Position numbers and translations under genes: made by a program
From: an uncultured Gemmatimonadales bacterium
GTDB lineage: Bacteria; Gemmatimonadota; Gemmatimonadetes; Gemmatimonadales; GWC2-71-9
Direction: 5' to 3'
Length of the DNA: 64,000 bases
NCBI GenBank assembly: GCA_963843115.1
Contig: CAWJJB010000007.1
Span: 2,203,282-2,267,281, forward strand
The notes under the pieces: generated by a model
Database searches by the model: none
What the model was told of the DNA's origin: nothing
The model's input: the letters and a program-made list of their open reading frames with translations, nothing else
Shown: positions 18,585 through 27,405 of the stretch, piece after piece
Numbering within the stretch: the stretch's first letter is position 1
Layout: each line of letters opens with the position of its first letter

Positions 18585-20451
18585 CCTCCACGTCGAAGTG
18601 CAGCATCATTCCCGCCTGGAGGTGCTCCGCGATATGGCAGTGCAGCATCCAGGTGCCGGGATTGGACATCTCCACCAGCAGGTCGAGCGACCCGGCGGCC
18701 GGCAGCAGGACCGTATCCTTCCACACCGGATTCTCGTTCGGCGTACCGTTCACCGCCAGCACCAGGAAGCGCTGGCCGTGGATGTGGATCGGGTGATGCA
18801 TCCCATGCAGCGTGTTTCGGACGCCGACCAGACGGAGTCGTACCAGGTCGCCCTGCTGAAACGTCCAGTGCACATCCATGTTCTCGGCACCGGTGTCCGG
18901 GTCCCTCAATGTCCAGTGCGCCTGGCTGCCGGTGATCGCCTGGTTCATCCCCGGCATCGTCCCTTCCCACTCCACCGGGTTGAAGTAGAGTGAGTCGAGG
19001 CGCATGAGTTGCTCGCTCACGAAGGGGAGGTCGGTAAATCGCGCTTCCAGCTCGAGGGTGTGCTGCGGCGGGAGGCCGACATTGGCGCGGGCCAGTGCCA
19101 GCACCTCGGCCGCATCCCGTCCCGGCGCGGCGACGCCGCTGCCTTTCGCCGGCGCCGTCCCGGCCTCCACCTGGAAGGTGCCGAGGGTATCAACGGCATC
19201 GAAGAAGCGCCCGTAGAGATGGTCGATGGCGCGCACCCGGTTGACGAGGGGATGCAGGCCCGGCGCGTCGAAGGTGACATCAACAATGTATCGCTCCGCC
19301 GGGGCGATCACGATGCTCTCCACCGACGTTTGCCGGGCAAACTCTCCCAGGTCGGAGCCGACCACCACCATCCGCACACCGGTACCAAGGGAAAGATTGA
19401 AGGTGCGCGTATTGGAGACATTGGTGAGGTACAGTCGCGTCACCTCACCGGTGCGTGCGCCGGCACTCCAGCCGGTTTCGCCGTTCACCAGCATCACGTT
19501 GCCGAACCGTCCCATCGCTGCATGCGTTGGCGTCGACGCGCCGTATGGCACCAGCCCGGCGTCGCCGATCAGCAGGTCGTCGAGGATGAGGAACTCCTCA
19601 TGCGGTGCCGGTGCAGCAGCCGCACCTGCGGGCGATACGAAGATGTTGCCGTAAAGGCCGAGATCCTGCTGGATGTCCTCGCGCACATGCGGGTGATACC
19701 AGAAGAGGCCCTCGTCGGGAAAGCGCAGTTCATAGGCGAAGGACCCTCCCGGTTGCACCGCCGGATGGGTGGCATCGGGCACGCCGTCGAACCGGTTGTC
19801 CAGCCGCAATCCGTGCCAATGCACCGTGGTGGGCACCGGCAGTTCATTCTTGAGCCGCACCGTCACCATGGCACCGCGGCTGACGGAGATCAGCGGGCCG
19901 GGATACTGGCCGTTGAACCCGAACATGGTATAGTCGCGCCCGGCGATGGAGCGCCGCACCACGCCGGCCGTGAGGTCGAGGGTATCACCGGTTGCGAGCC
20001 GCACCACCTCGCGCGGCCGTGCCGCCGGCGCCTCCGGATCTGCCGCCGGGAGCCAGGGCGCCTCGGCGGGACGGAGGGCCATTTCCGATGGCAGCATGTC
20101 GAGACCGGGATACATCGGTGCCTCGCTCCACGAGAGCGCGTCCCCGGCACCCTGGGCGTGGTGCATCATGTGACCGCCCTGGTCGCGCGGCCCGAGTGCC
20201 CCGAGGAAGAACTCGTACGTATCTGCCGGCCGCAGGCGATTGCTCGCCGACTGACCCCGGAGCACCACCTTGCCCCGCATCTCCCGCGTGGCAGTGTCTT
20301 CTTCGGCGCTGATGAGCACCAGGAAGCGATCGAAGGCAATCGGCTCTGATGCGCAGCGGATCGGTACCCACCACGCCCAGACGTACGAGCGGCGCGAAGG
20401 ATGGCGGCGTGGCCCATGCGACGAACCCCGACCGCGGCGCGCGCGTATCAC
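18577..20451 (-). CDS. multicopper oxidase (three cupredoxin domains)
   Basis: HWHGLRLDN, HPIHIHG and HCHIAEHLQAGMM copper-ligand motifs. No convincing start or signal peptide in this frame; see 20345-20713. Confidence 0.85.
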   Translation of the reverse strand: MIRARRGRGSSHGPRRHPSRRSYVWAWWVPIRCASEPIAFDRFLVLISAEEDTATREMRGKVVLRGQSASNRLRPADTYEFFLGALGPRDQGGHMMHHAQGAGDALSWSEAPMYPGLDMLPSEMALRPAEAPWLPAADPEAPAARPREVVRLATGDTLDLTAGVVRRSIAGRDYTMFGFNGQYPGPLISVSRGAMVTVRLKNELPVPTTVHWHGLRLDNRFDGVPDATHPAVQPGGSFAYELRFPDEGLFWYHPHVREDIQQDLGLYGNIFVSPAGAAAAPAPHEEFLILDDLLIGDAGLVPYGASTPTHAAMGRFGNVMLVNGETGWSAGARTGEVTRLYLTNVSNTRTFNLSLGTGVRMVVVGSDLGEFARQTSVESIVIAPAERYIVDVTFDAPGLHPLVNRVRAIDHLYGRFFDAVDTLGTFQVEAGTAPAKGSGVAAPGRDAAEVLALARANVGLPPQHTLELEARFTDLPFVSEQLMRLDSLYFNPVEWEGTMPGMNQAITGSQAHWTLRDPDTGAENMDVHWTFQQGDLVRLRLVGVRNTLHGMHHPIHIHGQRFLVLAVNGTPNENPVWKDTVLLPAAGSLDLLVEMSNPGTWMLHCHIAEHLQAGMMLHFDVEAL

Positions 20452-20713
20452 GACGCAGGCCGGTGGTCGAGATGATGAGGTTCCAGCGCTGCACGCCTCG
20501 CTCCGACACCGACACCGTGAACGGGCCGGGAACCCAGCCGAGCTCTACCGAACCGTGCGCCGCGTAGCCTGGTGCCGCGATGAGTGGGATGCAGTAGAGG
20601 TCGGTGCTGGCACCACTGGCTGCCAGCCGCGCGCAGTCCGGCGGACCTTCCTGGGCAGGAAGCATCCCGGGAAGGAGATGAAAAAGGGCGAGGAGGAACA
20701 GGCGCCTTATCAT
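20345..20713 (-). CDS. signal peptide plus N-terminal domain, probably the 5' part of the multicopper oxidase gene in another frame
   Basis: MIRRLFLLALFHLLPGMLPAQ signal peptide, protein-like to ...FAPLVRLGVVGT. The same frame then degenerates into an Arg/Gly-rich run down to 19985, while the +1 frame continues as EPIAFDRFLVLISAEEDTATREMRGKVVL into the oxidase. Confidence 0.55.
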
Positions 20714-20771
20714 CGGAAAAGCTGGTGGCCGAGTGGACCACTGGCGAGCACCCGCATGCGGCGGACAAGGA

Positions 20772-20844
20772 CTGGGGCGGCTGGGGTCGAACCAGCAACC
20801 TCCCGGTTAACAGCCGGGCGCTCTGCCAGTTGAGCTACACCCCA
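20772..20844 (-). tRNA. tRNA-Asn (anticodon GTT), CCA not encoded
   Basis: Hand-folded 73 nt: TGGGGTG TA GCTC-AACTGGCA-GAGC G CCCGG-CTGTTAA-CCGGG AGGTT GCTGG-TTCGACC-CCAGC CGCCCCA G. All four stems pair, with one G-U in the acceptor. Confidence 0.9.
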
Positions 20845-20880
20845 AGAGAAACCCCCGCCAGCTGGACAGTTCTGGCGGGG
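20845..20880 (-). terminator. hairpin terminator after the aldehyde dehydrogenase/DUF779 operon
   Basis: Perfect 9-bp stem CCCCGCCAG/CTGGCGGGG with a 10-nt loop, followed on the minus strand by GTTTCTCTT, directly upstream of the tRNA. Confidence 0.5.
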
Positions 20881-20911
20881 TCCACGACTCTAGGGCAGCA
20901 GGGCCCTTCGG

Positions 20912-21319
20912 TCAAGCGGCAGAAGGGCCCGTTCTCGGCGGACAGGCATCGAGCCAGGCCTGCTCAGCGGGATCAAACACCCGCGATCGCGTCAGGAACC
21001 GCACTCCAAGTGGGGCCTCGAGGGAAAACCCGCCGCCCCGCCCCGCCACGACATCGATGAGCAGCTGGGTGTGGCGCCATGCCTCGAACTGCAACCCGCC
21101 GATGTAGACGGGCACCCCGTCGACGTCGCCGAGGTGCACGTCGCGCTGGCCCACCTTGAACTCCCGCGCGGGATAGCACATCGGCGAGCTGCCGTCGCAG
21201 CAGCCGCCCGACTGGTGAAACAGCAGGTCACCGTGCGCCGCCTTGAGCTGGCGGAGCACGGTGATCGCCTCGGGCGTGATGCCGACGCGCGAGACGACGT
21301 CCAGGCTAGAAGAAGCCAA
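20912..21319 (-). CDS. DUF779 domain protein
   Basis: [19 protein letters not shown] motif. It follows an aldehyde dehydrogenase and overlaps its 3' end, which is the usual DUF779 context. Confidence 0.8.
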   Translation of the reverse strand: MASSSLDVVSRVGITPEAITVLRQLKAAHGDLLFHQSGGCCDGSSPMCYPAREFKVGQRDVHLGDVDGVPVYIGGLQFEAWRHTQLLIDVVAGRGGGFSLEAPLGVRFLTRSRVFDPAEQAWLDACPPRTGPSAA

Positions 21320-22859
21320 GCTTCTTCGGGCTGTAGCTGACGAGCATGTTCTTCGTCTGCTGGTAGTGGTCCAGCATCATGCGATGGTTCTCCCGGCCGA
21401 TGCCCGACTGCTTGTAGCCACCGAACGCGGCGTGTGCCGGGTACAGGTGATAGCAGTTGGTCCACACCCGGCCCGCCTTGATCGCGCGGCCCATCCGGTA
21501 GCAGATGTTGGCGTCACGGCTCCACAGCCCGGCACCGAGGCCGTAGAGCGTGTCGTTCGCGATGGCGAGTGCATCGTCCTGGGTCTTGAACTTTGTCACC
21601 GATACCACCGGCCCGAAGATCTCCTCCTGGAACACGCGCATCTTGTTGTGTCCCTCGAGGATGGTTGGCTGCATGTAGTAGCCTTCCGCGAGCTCGCCCG
21701 CATGCACGCGGCGCGCGCCACCGGTGAGTACCTTGGCGCCTTCCTTCTTCCCGATGTCGATGTAGCTCAGGATCTTCTCGAGCTGGTCGTTCGACGCCTG
21801 GGCACCGATCATGGTGGCGGCGTCGAGCGGGTTGCCCTCGACGATCGCCTTGGTGCGGGCCACGGCGCGCTCCATGAAGCGATCGTAGATCGACTCCTGC
21901 ACCAGCGCGCGCGAGGGACAGGTGCAGACCTCGCCCTGGTTGAGCGCGAACATCGCGAAGCCCTCGAGCGCCTTGTCGAAGTAGTCGTCGTCGGCCTCCA
22001 TCACGTCCGCGAAGAAGATGTTCGGCGACTTGCCGCCCAGTTCCAGCGTGACCGGGATCAGGTTCTCCGACGCATACTGCATGATGAGGCGACCGGTTGT
22101 GGTCTCGCCGGTAAACGCCACCTTGGCCACCCGCGGGCTCTGCGCCAGCGGCTTCCCCGCCTCGACGCCGAAGCCCTGCACCACGTTCACCACGCCGCTC
22201 GGCAGGATGTCGGCGATGAGCTCCATGAACGCCATGATCGACACCGGGGTCTGCTCCGCCGGCTTGAGCACGACGCAGTTACCGGCCGCAAGCGCCGGCG
22301 CCAGCTTCCACGTCGCCATCAGCAGCGGGAAATTCCAGGGAATGATCTGGGCCACGACGCCCAGCGGCTCGTGGAAGTGATAGGCGACGGTATCGGAGTC
22401 GAGTTCGGAGATCCCGCCTTCCTGGGCGCGGATGCAGCCGGCGAAATAGCGGAAGTGGTCGATGGCGAGCGGAAGATCGGCGTTGATGGTCTCGCGGATG
22501 GGCTTGCCGTTGTCGATGGTCTCGATCAGCGCGATGGCCTCGAGATTCTGCTCCAGTCGGTCGGCGATCCGGTTGAGGATGTTGGCCCGGTACGCCGCCG
22601 ACGTGGTATTCCAGCTCAGGGCGGCGGCATGGGCCGCATCCAGGGCCCGGTCAACATCCTCGTGCGTGGAGCGGGCCACTTCGCAGAGGGGCTGCCCGGT
22701 CACCGGCGAGGGATTGGTGAAGTACTGTCCGTTCACCGGAGGGGCGTACTCACCACCGATCCAGTTGTCGTATCGGGAGCGGATCGGGATCCGGTTGCTG
22801 AACCTGGTAGCGCCTGACGGGAGCGTGGCTTCACCGACCGGGCGTGAGACTGCAGTCAT
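21306..22859 (-). CDS. NAD-dependent aldehyde dehydrogenase (AcoD/ExaC-like)
   Basis: 517 aa. [11 protein letters not shown]-terminus, [35 protein letters not shown] upstream of ATG 22859. Confidence 0.9.
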   Translation of the reverse strand: MTAVSRPVGEATLPSGATRFSNRIPIRSRYDNWIGGEYAPPVNGQYFTNPSPVTGQPLCEVARSTHEDVDRALDAAHAAALSWNTTSAAYRANILNRIADRLEQNLEAIALIETIDNGKPIRETINADLPLAIDHFRYFAGCIRAQEGGISELDSDTVAYHFHEPLGVVAQIIPWNFPLLMATWKLAPALAAGNCVVLKPAEQTPVSIMAFMELIADILPSGVVNVVQGFGVEAGKPLAQSPRVAKVAFTGETTTGRLIMQYASENLIPVTLELGGKSPNIFFADVMEADDDYFDKALEGFAMFALNQGEVCTCPSRALVQESIYDRFMERAVARTKAIVEGNPLDAATMIGAQASNDQLEKILSYIDIGKKEGAKVLTGGARRVHAGELAEGYYMQPTILEGHNKMRVFQEEIFGPVVSVTKFKTQDDALAIANDTLYGLGAGLWSRDANICYRMGRAIKAGRVWTNCYHLYPAHAAFGGYKQSGIGRENHRMMLDHYQQTKNMLVSYSPKKLGFF

Positions 22860-22940
22860 TTGAACGCCTCCTTGAGAAAAAGCAACAATGGGCTCCTTCT
22901 AGTATGCGGTGGCCGGGAGTGCACGCAACGCAAGCAGGCC

Positions 22941-23621
22941 ATGTGGGGCCATGCGCCGGGCAGGCCGGAAAGTGCCCTGTTACCTTTGCCCCGCGTGTCT
23001 CCAGTTCCCCCGGTCTTCGCCATCGTCCTCGCAGCGGGTCGGTCCTCCCGGTTCGGCAGCGACAAGCTGCTGGCACCGTTGCAGGGCCGACCGGTGCTCG
23101 CGCGCGTGCTCGACACGGTGGCGGCGAGCGCCCGAGCAGGAATCCTGCGCGCCGTTTTCCTGGTGGTGCGCGACGCCCAGGGTCCGGAAGCACAGCTTGG
23201 ACAGCAGGTTAGCGCGTTCGTTGTCGCGGCGCCGCGGGCCGGCGAGGGCCTCGCGCTGAGCCTCCGGGCCGGGCTGGAGCGACTGGAGTCCACCGCACCC
23301 GCCGCCGGTGCAGCCGCGCTCGTCTTCCTGGGTGACCAGCCCGCGATCCGGGGAGAGGTCATCGACGAGGTCGTGCGGCGCTGGCGGGTCACTGGTGCCG
23401 ACGCGGTGCGCCCCCGCTATGCCGGGTGCCCGGACGAACCAGGGCATCCGGTCCTGCTCGACCGGCGCCTCTGGGCCGCGGTTTCCGGCCTCGAAGGCAA
23501 CGAGGGGCCAGGAACGTTGCTCCACGGCCGCGCCTTCGAGGTGATCGACGTGCCTGGCTGGAACCCCGATATCGACACCCCGGCCGACCTGGCCGCATTT
23601 TCCCCGCTGGAGAACCCTTGA
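22941..23621 (+). CDS. MobA-like NTP transferase (molybdenum cofactor cytidylyl/guanylyl-transferase, MocA-like)
   Basis: FAIVLAAGRSSRFGSDKLL motif. Start trimmed to ATG 22941. Confidence 0.75.
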   Translation: MWGHAPGRPESALLPLPRVSPVPPVFAIVLAAGRSSRFGSDKLLAPLQGRPVLARVLDTVAASARAGILRAVFLVVRDAQGPEAQLGQQVSAFVVAAPRAGEGLALSLRAGLERLESTAPAAGAAALVFLGDQPAIRGEVIDEVVRRWRVTGADAVRPRYAGCPDEPGHPVLLDRRLWAAVSGLEGNEGPGTLLHGRAFEVIDVPGWNPDIDTPADLAAFSPLENP

Positions 23622-24073
23622 TGCAGTTCAGTTTTTCAGGATCGAACGAGGTGATGGCTCCACGCCCGATCGTGTGGAAGCACCTCACGGATCCGCAGTT
23701 TGTCGCCGCCTCGGCGCCAGGCGTCGAGAAGGTGGAACAGCTCGACGAGAATCACTTTCAGGTTTTCCTGGCGGTGGGGCTTGGCGCGCTCAAGGTGCAC
23801 TTCACGCTCGACGTGGAACTGCTCGACGTCGCCCCGCCGGGACAGCTGACGATGCGCGCGTACGGCAAGGCACCTGGCTCAGGCGTGGACATGACGACGG
23901 CGATCCGCCTCGACGAGACCGCCGCCGGAAGCACCGCCATGACCTGGCAATCCGACGTGGAGGTGAGCGGCCTCCTCGCGAGCGTCGGGGGTCACCTGCT
24001 CGAGGGCACTGCGCGAAAGTTCACTGAACAGTTCTGGCTGGATTTCGCCGCCCGATGCGCACGCGCCGCCTGA
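23621..24073 (+). CDS. CoxG-like SRPBCC protein (carbon monoxide dehydrogenase subunit G family)
   Basis: MQFSFSGSNEV... about 150 aa, typical CoxG size and pattern. The ATG overlaps the MocA stop (TGATG). Confidence 0.65.
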   Translation: MQFSFSGSNEVMAPRPIVWKHLTDPQFVAASAPGVEKVEQLDENHFQVFLAVGLGALKVHFTLDVELLDVAPPGQLTMRAYGKAPGSGVDMTTAIRLDETAAGSTAMTWQSDVEVSGLLASVGGHLLEGTARKFTEQFWLDFAARCARAA

Positions 24074-24146
24074 GGCCTGCCCGGCGCGGTCTTTACTCCC
24101 CTCGGCGGGCCTCGCATCTTCCGTCACCCTGACCCGAATCGACTCC

Positions 24147-25247
24147 GTGACCCTGCAGATCCTGTCTGACTATCAGCGCCTCATCGCCCGGAACGAACCG
24201 ATCGGACGGGCGGTCGTGACCCAGGTGTGGGGTAGCGCGCCGCGGCAGGCGGGGGCGGTGATGCTGGCGACGGCCTCCGGCACCGTACTCGGCTCCGTCT
24301 CCGGCGGCTGCGTGGAGAATGCCGTGGTCCAGGAGATCGCCGACGCTGCGAAACGGGGCACGGCGAAACTCGTGTCCTATGGTGTGGCCGATGAAACGGC
24401 GTGGGAAGTCGGCTTGTCGTGCGGTGGCACCATCTCCGTGCTGATCGAGCCGGCCATTCGTCCCGCCGTGCTCGAGGCGGCACGCGGCGAAGGTGGCGTG
24501 GCGGTGGCAACGGTCATCAAGGCTCCCGGTATTATCGGCGCCACCTACGTGCTGCGCGACGACGGCGGGCGTGAGCCCATCATGCCTCCCATGGGCGCCG
24601 TGCGCGACGAGTCCAGGCAGGCGGAACTCGAGCTCGATGCGGTCCTGCCGCAGGTGGAGGCCGCCGCGCTTGATGCGCTGGCGCGCGGCGAGAGCCGGAC
24701 CGAGGCGTTCACCACCGCCGACGGTGGCGAGCTCCTCGTGCTGCTCGAAGTGTTCCCGCGGCAGCCACGCCTGGTCATCTTCGGCGGCGTCCATATCGCG
24801 CAGGCGCTGACCCTCCTCGGTCGCGCGCTGGGCTACCGTACCATCGTCGCCGATGGCCGCGCCGCGTGGCTCACGCGCGAGCGCTTTCCCGATGCCGACG
24901 AACTCGTGCTCGGCTGGCCCGAGGAGGCATTCGACCGGATCGGCCTCGACGCCCGCACCTACGTCGTCCTCCTGTCACACGACCCCAAGTTCGATGAACC
25001 CGCCACCGAGATCGCGTTGCGCTCCCCGGCGCCCTACATCGGCACCATCGGATCGCGGAAGACCCAGGAGAAGCGCCGTGCCCGCCTCAGGGCCGCCGGC
25101 TTCACCGACGCCGACCTCGCGCGCCTGCATGGCCCCGTCGGGCTCGACCTTGGCGGTCGCCAGCCGATGGACACTGCCCTCGCCATCATCGCCGAAATAA
25201 CGGCGGTACGGTACGGCAAGTCGGGACGGTCCCTCTCGGCTTCGTGA
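24147..25247 (+). CDS. XdhC/CoxI-family molybdoenzyme maturation protein
   Basis: N-terminal XdhC_CoxI pattern (VVTQVWGSAPRQAGAVML...GSVSGGCVE) and C-terminal Rossmann LVIFGGVHIAQAL...YIGTIGSRKT. Confidence 0.85.
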   Translation: MTLQILSDYQRLIARNEPIGRAVVTQVWGSAPRQAGAVMLATASGTVLGSVSGGCVENAVVQEIADAAKRGTAKLVSYGVADETAWEVGLSCGGTISVLIEPAIRPAVLEAARGEGGVAVATVIKAPGIIGATYVLRDDGGREPIMPPMGAVRDESRQAELELDAVLPQVEAAALDALARGESRTEAFTTADGGELLVLLEVFPRQPRLVIFGGVHIAQALTLLGRALGYRTIVADGRAAWLTRERFPDADELVLGWPEEAFDRIGLDARTYVVLLSHDPKFDEPATEIALRSPAPYIGTIGSRKTQEKRRARLRAAGFTDADLARLHGPVGLDLGGRQPMDTALAIIAEITAVRYGKSGRSLSAS

Positions 25248-25313
25248 AGGCGCCACCCGACATCAGCACACCTGCCATTGCGCATTGGGTGCGCCTGCCC
25301 CAGCGTACCAGCC

Positions 25314-26144
25314 ATGGCACGTGATCTCTTCACCGCGGTACAACAGGCGCTGGGCGACCTCTACACTCTGGAACGGGAAGTGGGGCGTGGTGGCGGCGCG
25401 AGGGTATTCCTGGCCAAGAACCGCGCCAACGAGGAAGTCGCACTCAAGGTGCTGCACCCCGAACTGGCGGTCACGGTTGCTGCCGACCGTTTCCTTCGTG
25501 AAGTGCGCCTCTGCAGCCAGCTCGACCATCCCAACATTGCCAGGCTGCTCGACTCGGGTGAGGCCGACTGGGTGGTGTACTACGCCATGTCGTATTGCCC
25601 GGGCCCTACCCTGCGGGAAGGCATCACCCGCGCCCGTTCCCTGCCCGTCGACGACGTCATCCGGCTCGGCTCCGACCTGCTGAGCGCGCTCCAGCACGCA
25701 CATGAACACGGCATCGTGCACCGCGACGTCAAGCCGGAGAACATCGTCATCTCGAATGGCCGTACCATCCTGCTCGACTTCGGCATCGCCAAGGCGATCG
25801 CCGACTCGGCGGGAGAGAACCTCACCCGTTCCGGCGTGGCGCTCGGCACCTGCACGTATATGAGCCCGGAGCAGATCCGCGGGTTGCGGGACATCGACCA
25901 CCGGAGTGATCTCTACTCTCTGGCCTGTGTCCTGTTCGAGTGCCTCACCGGCAAGGCGCCGTTTGTCCACAAGGTGGAAGGCATCGTGCTGCAGAAGCAC
26001 CTCACGGAGCCGCCCCCCCGTGTCGACACGCTGCGATCCGACACCCCGCAGCACCTCTCCGACGCGCTCGATCGCGCCCTCAGCAAGGAGCCGGGCGACC
26101 GGTGGCCCACGGCCGCCGCCATGAGGGCTGCGCTCACCGAATGA
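25314..26144 (+). CDS. Hanks-type Ser/Thr protein kinase, catalytic domain only
   Basis: GRGGGARVF...ALKVL, HRDVKPENIVI, DFGIAKA, YMSPEQ. 277 aa with no TM or sensor domain. Confidence 0.85.
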   Translation: MARDLFTAVQQALGDLYTLEREVGRGGGARVFLAKNRANEEVALKVLHPELAVTVAADRFLREVRLCSQLDHPNIARLLDSGEADWVVYYAMSYCPGPTLREGITRARSLPVDDVIRLGSDLLSALQHAHEHGIVHRDVKPENIVISNGRTILLDFGIAKAIADSAGENLTRSGVALGTCTYMSPEQIRGLRDIDHRSDLYSLACVLFECLTGKAPFVHKVEGIVLQKHLTEPPPRVDTLRSDTPQHLSDALDRALSKEPGDRWPTAAAMRAALTE

Positions 26145-27316
26145 CCGCCGCCGGTCGGTGTCATGCAGGGCGCCGCCTCCGGTCCATCCGGATGCTCCTC
26201 CTGTGCCTCACCCCTGCCACGGTGCAGGCGCAGTGGACCACTGCGTCACCGGCGAGCGTGGGGCTCGACTCCACCGTGCTGGCTTCGCTCGCCGCCGATA
26301 TGGGCTCCGGCAAGTACGGCCTGGTGGATGGATTTTCGGTGGTCCGCAACGGCAAGCTGGCCTGGTCGTCCCAGTGGCGCCGCAACTACGATTCCGTCTA
26401 CACGGCGGTTCACCCGGCCGACACCGTCGACCACGCCTTCAACTACGACCATCCCGACTGGCACCCATGGTATCAGAGGGGCCAGGCGCATACGCTGCAA
26501 TCGGTGACCAAGAGCGTGACGAGTGCCCTCGTTGGCATCGCCATCGCGCGGGGAGAGATCGCGTCGCTCGACACGCCGATCATTACCTGGTTCGATACAA
26601 CCCGCATCGCCAACCTGGATGACCGCAAGCGGCGCATCACCCTGCGCGACCTGCTGACCATGTCACCAGGCTTTGACTGGAACGAGAATCTCCCCTACAC
26701 CGACTCGGCCAACTCGGCGACCCAGATGGAGGCGAGCGCCAACTGGGTGGCGTACGTCATCAACCGCCCCATGGCGCACGACCCCGGCACCTTCTGGTCG
26801 TACTCCTCGGGCGCCAGCGTCCTCATGGGCGCCATCCTGGAGAAAGCGACCGGCCGGCCAGTGCCGGACTACGCGCGCGACTACCTGTTCATGCCCCTTG
26901 GCATCACCGATTTCTTCTGGAAGACGACCCCGGCGGGGCTGCACGACACGGAGGGCGGACTCTACCTGCGCACTGACGACCTCGCCAAGGTCGCCTGGCT
27001 GTACCTGCAGGGAGGAGAGTGGCAGGGCCGGCAGGTGGTCCCTCGGGAGTGGATCACCCTGAGCCTCTCGCCAATCGCCCCGGTGGCCGCCGATGCCCGC
27101 TTCCGCTACGGTCTCCAGTGGTGGCTGTTCCCCGATCCGGGCACCGAAGGCGGCTGGCTGCCGTCCGGCTCCGGGTACGGCGGCCAGTTCCCCATGCTTT
27201 TTCCCCGCGATTCCATGGTGGTGGTCATCAACCAGTGGAACATCCACGGCCCTCCTTCGATGAGCCCGGTCGAGCTGGCCCGGCGGGTGGAGGCAGCGCT
27301 GACCCAGGCCAGGTAA
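26141..27316 (+). CDS. beta-lactamase/PBP-like serine hydrolase (class C family), secreted
   Basis: SVTKS (SxxK) motif. Signal-like MLLLCLTPATVQAQ. ATG 26141 overlaps the kinase stop (ATGA). Confidence 0.8.
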   Translation: MTAAGRCHAGRRLRSIRMLLLCLTPATVQAQWTTASPASVGLDSTVLASLAADMGSGKYGLVDGFSVVRNGKLAWSSQWRRNYDSVYTAVHPADTVDHAFNYDHPDWHPWYQRGQAHTLQSVTKSVTSALVGIAIARGEIASLDTPIITWFDTTRIANLDDRKRRITLRDLLTMSPGFDWNENLPYTDSANSATQMEASANWVAYVINRPMAHDPGTFWSYSSGASVLMGAILEKATGRPVPDYARDYLFMPLGITDFFWKTTPAGLHDTEGGLYLRTDDLAKVAWLYLQGGEWQGRQVVPREWITLSLSPIAPVAADARFRYGLQWWLFPDPGTEGGWLPSGSGYGGQFPMLFPRDSMVVVINQWNIHGPPSMSPVELARRVEAALTQAR

Positions 27317-27405
27317 CCGCGGACAGAGTCGGTATCGCTCGTCGGCGCCGGCCTCCCCCGCTTAGATTTCGCTGTTTGCCCGAATCGGCTCCTCCTTCCC
27401 CCTGA

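Noticed and set aside
18509-20911. Genomic island integrated at tRNA-Asn, carrying the multicopper oxidase.
   Set aside because: I saw no integrase or recombinase, no visible direct repeat of the tRNA 3' end, and GC/codon style like the flanks. Only the amidohydrolase relic points to rearrangement, so it is reported as such rather than as an island.
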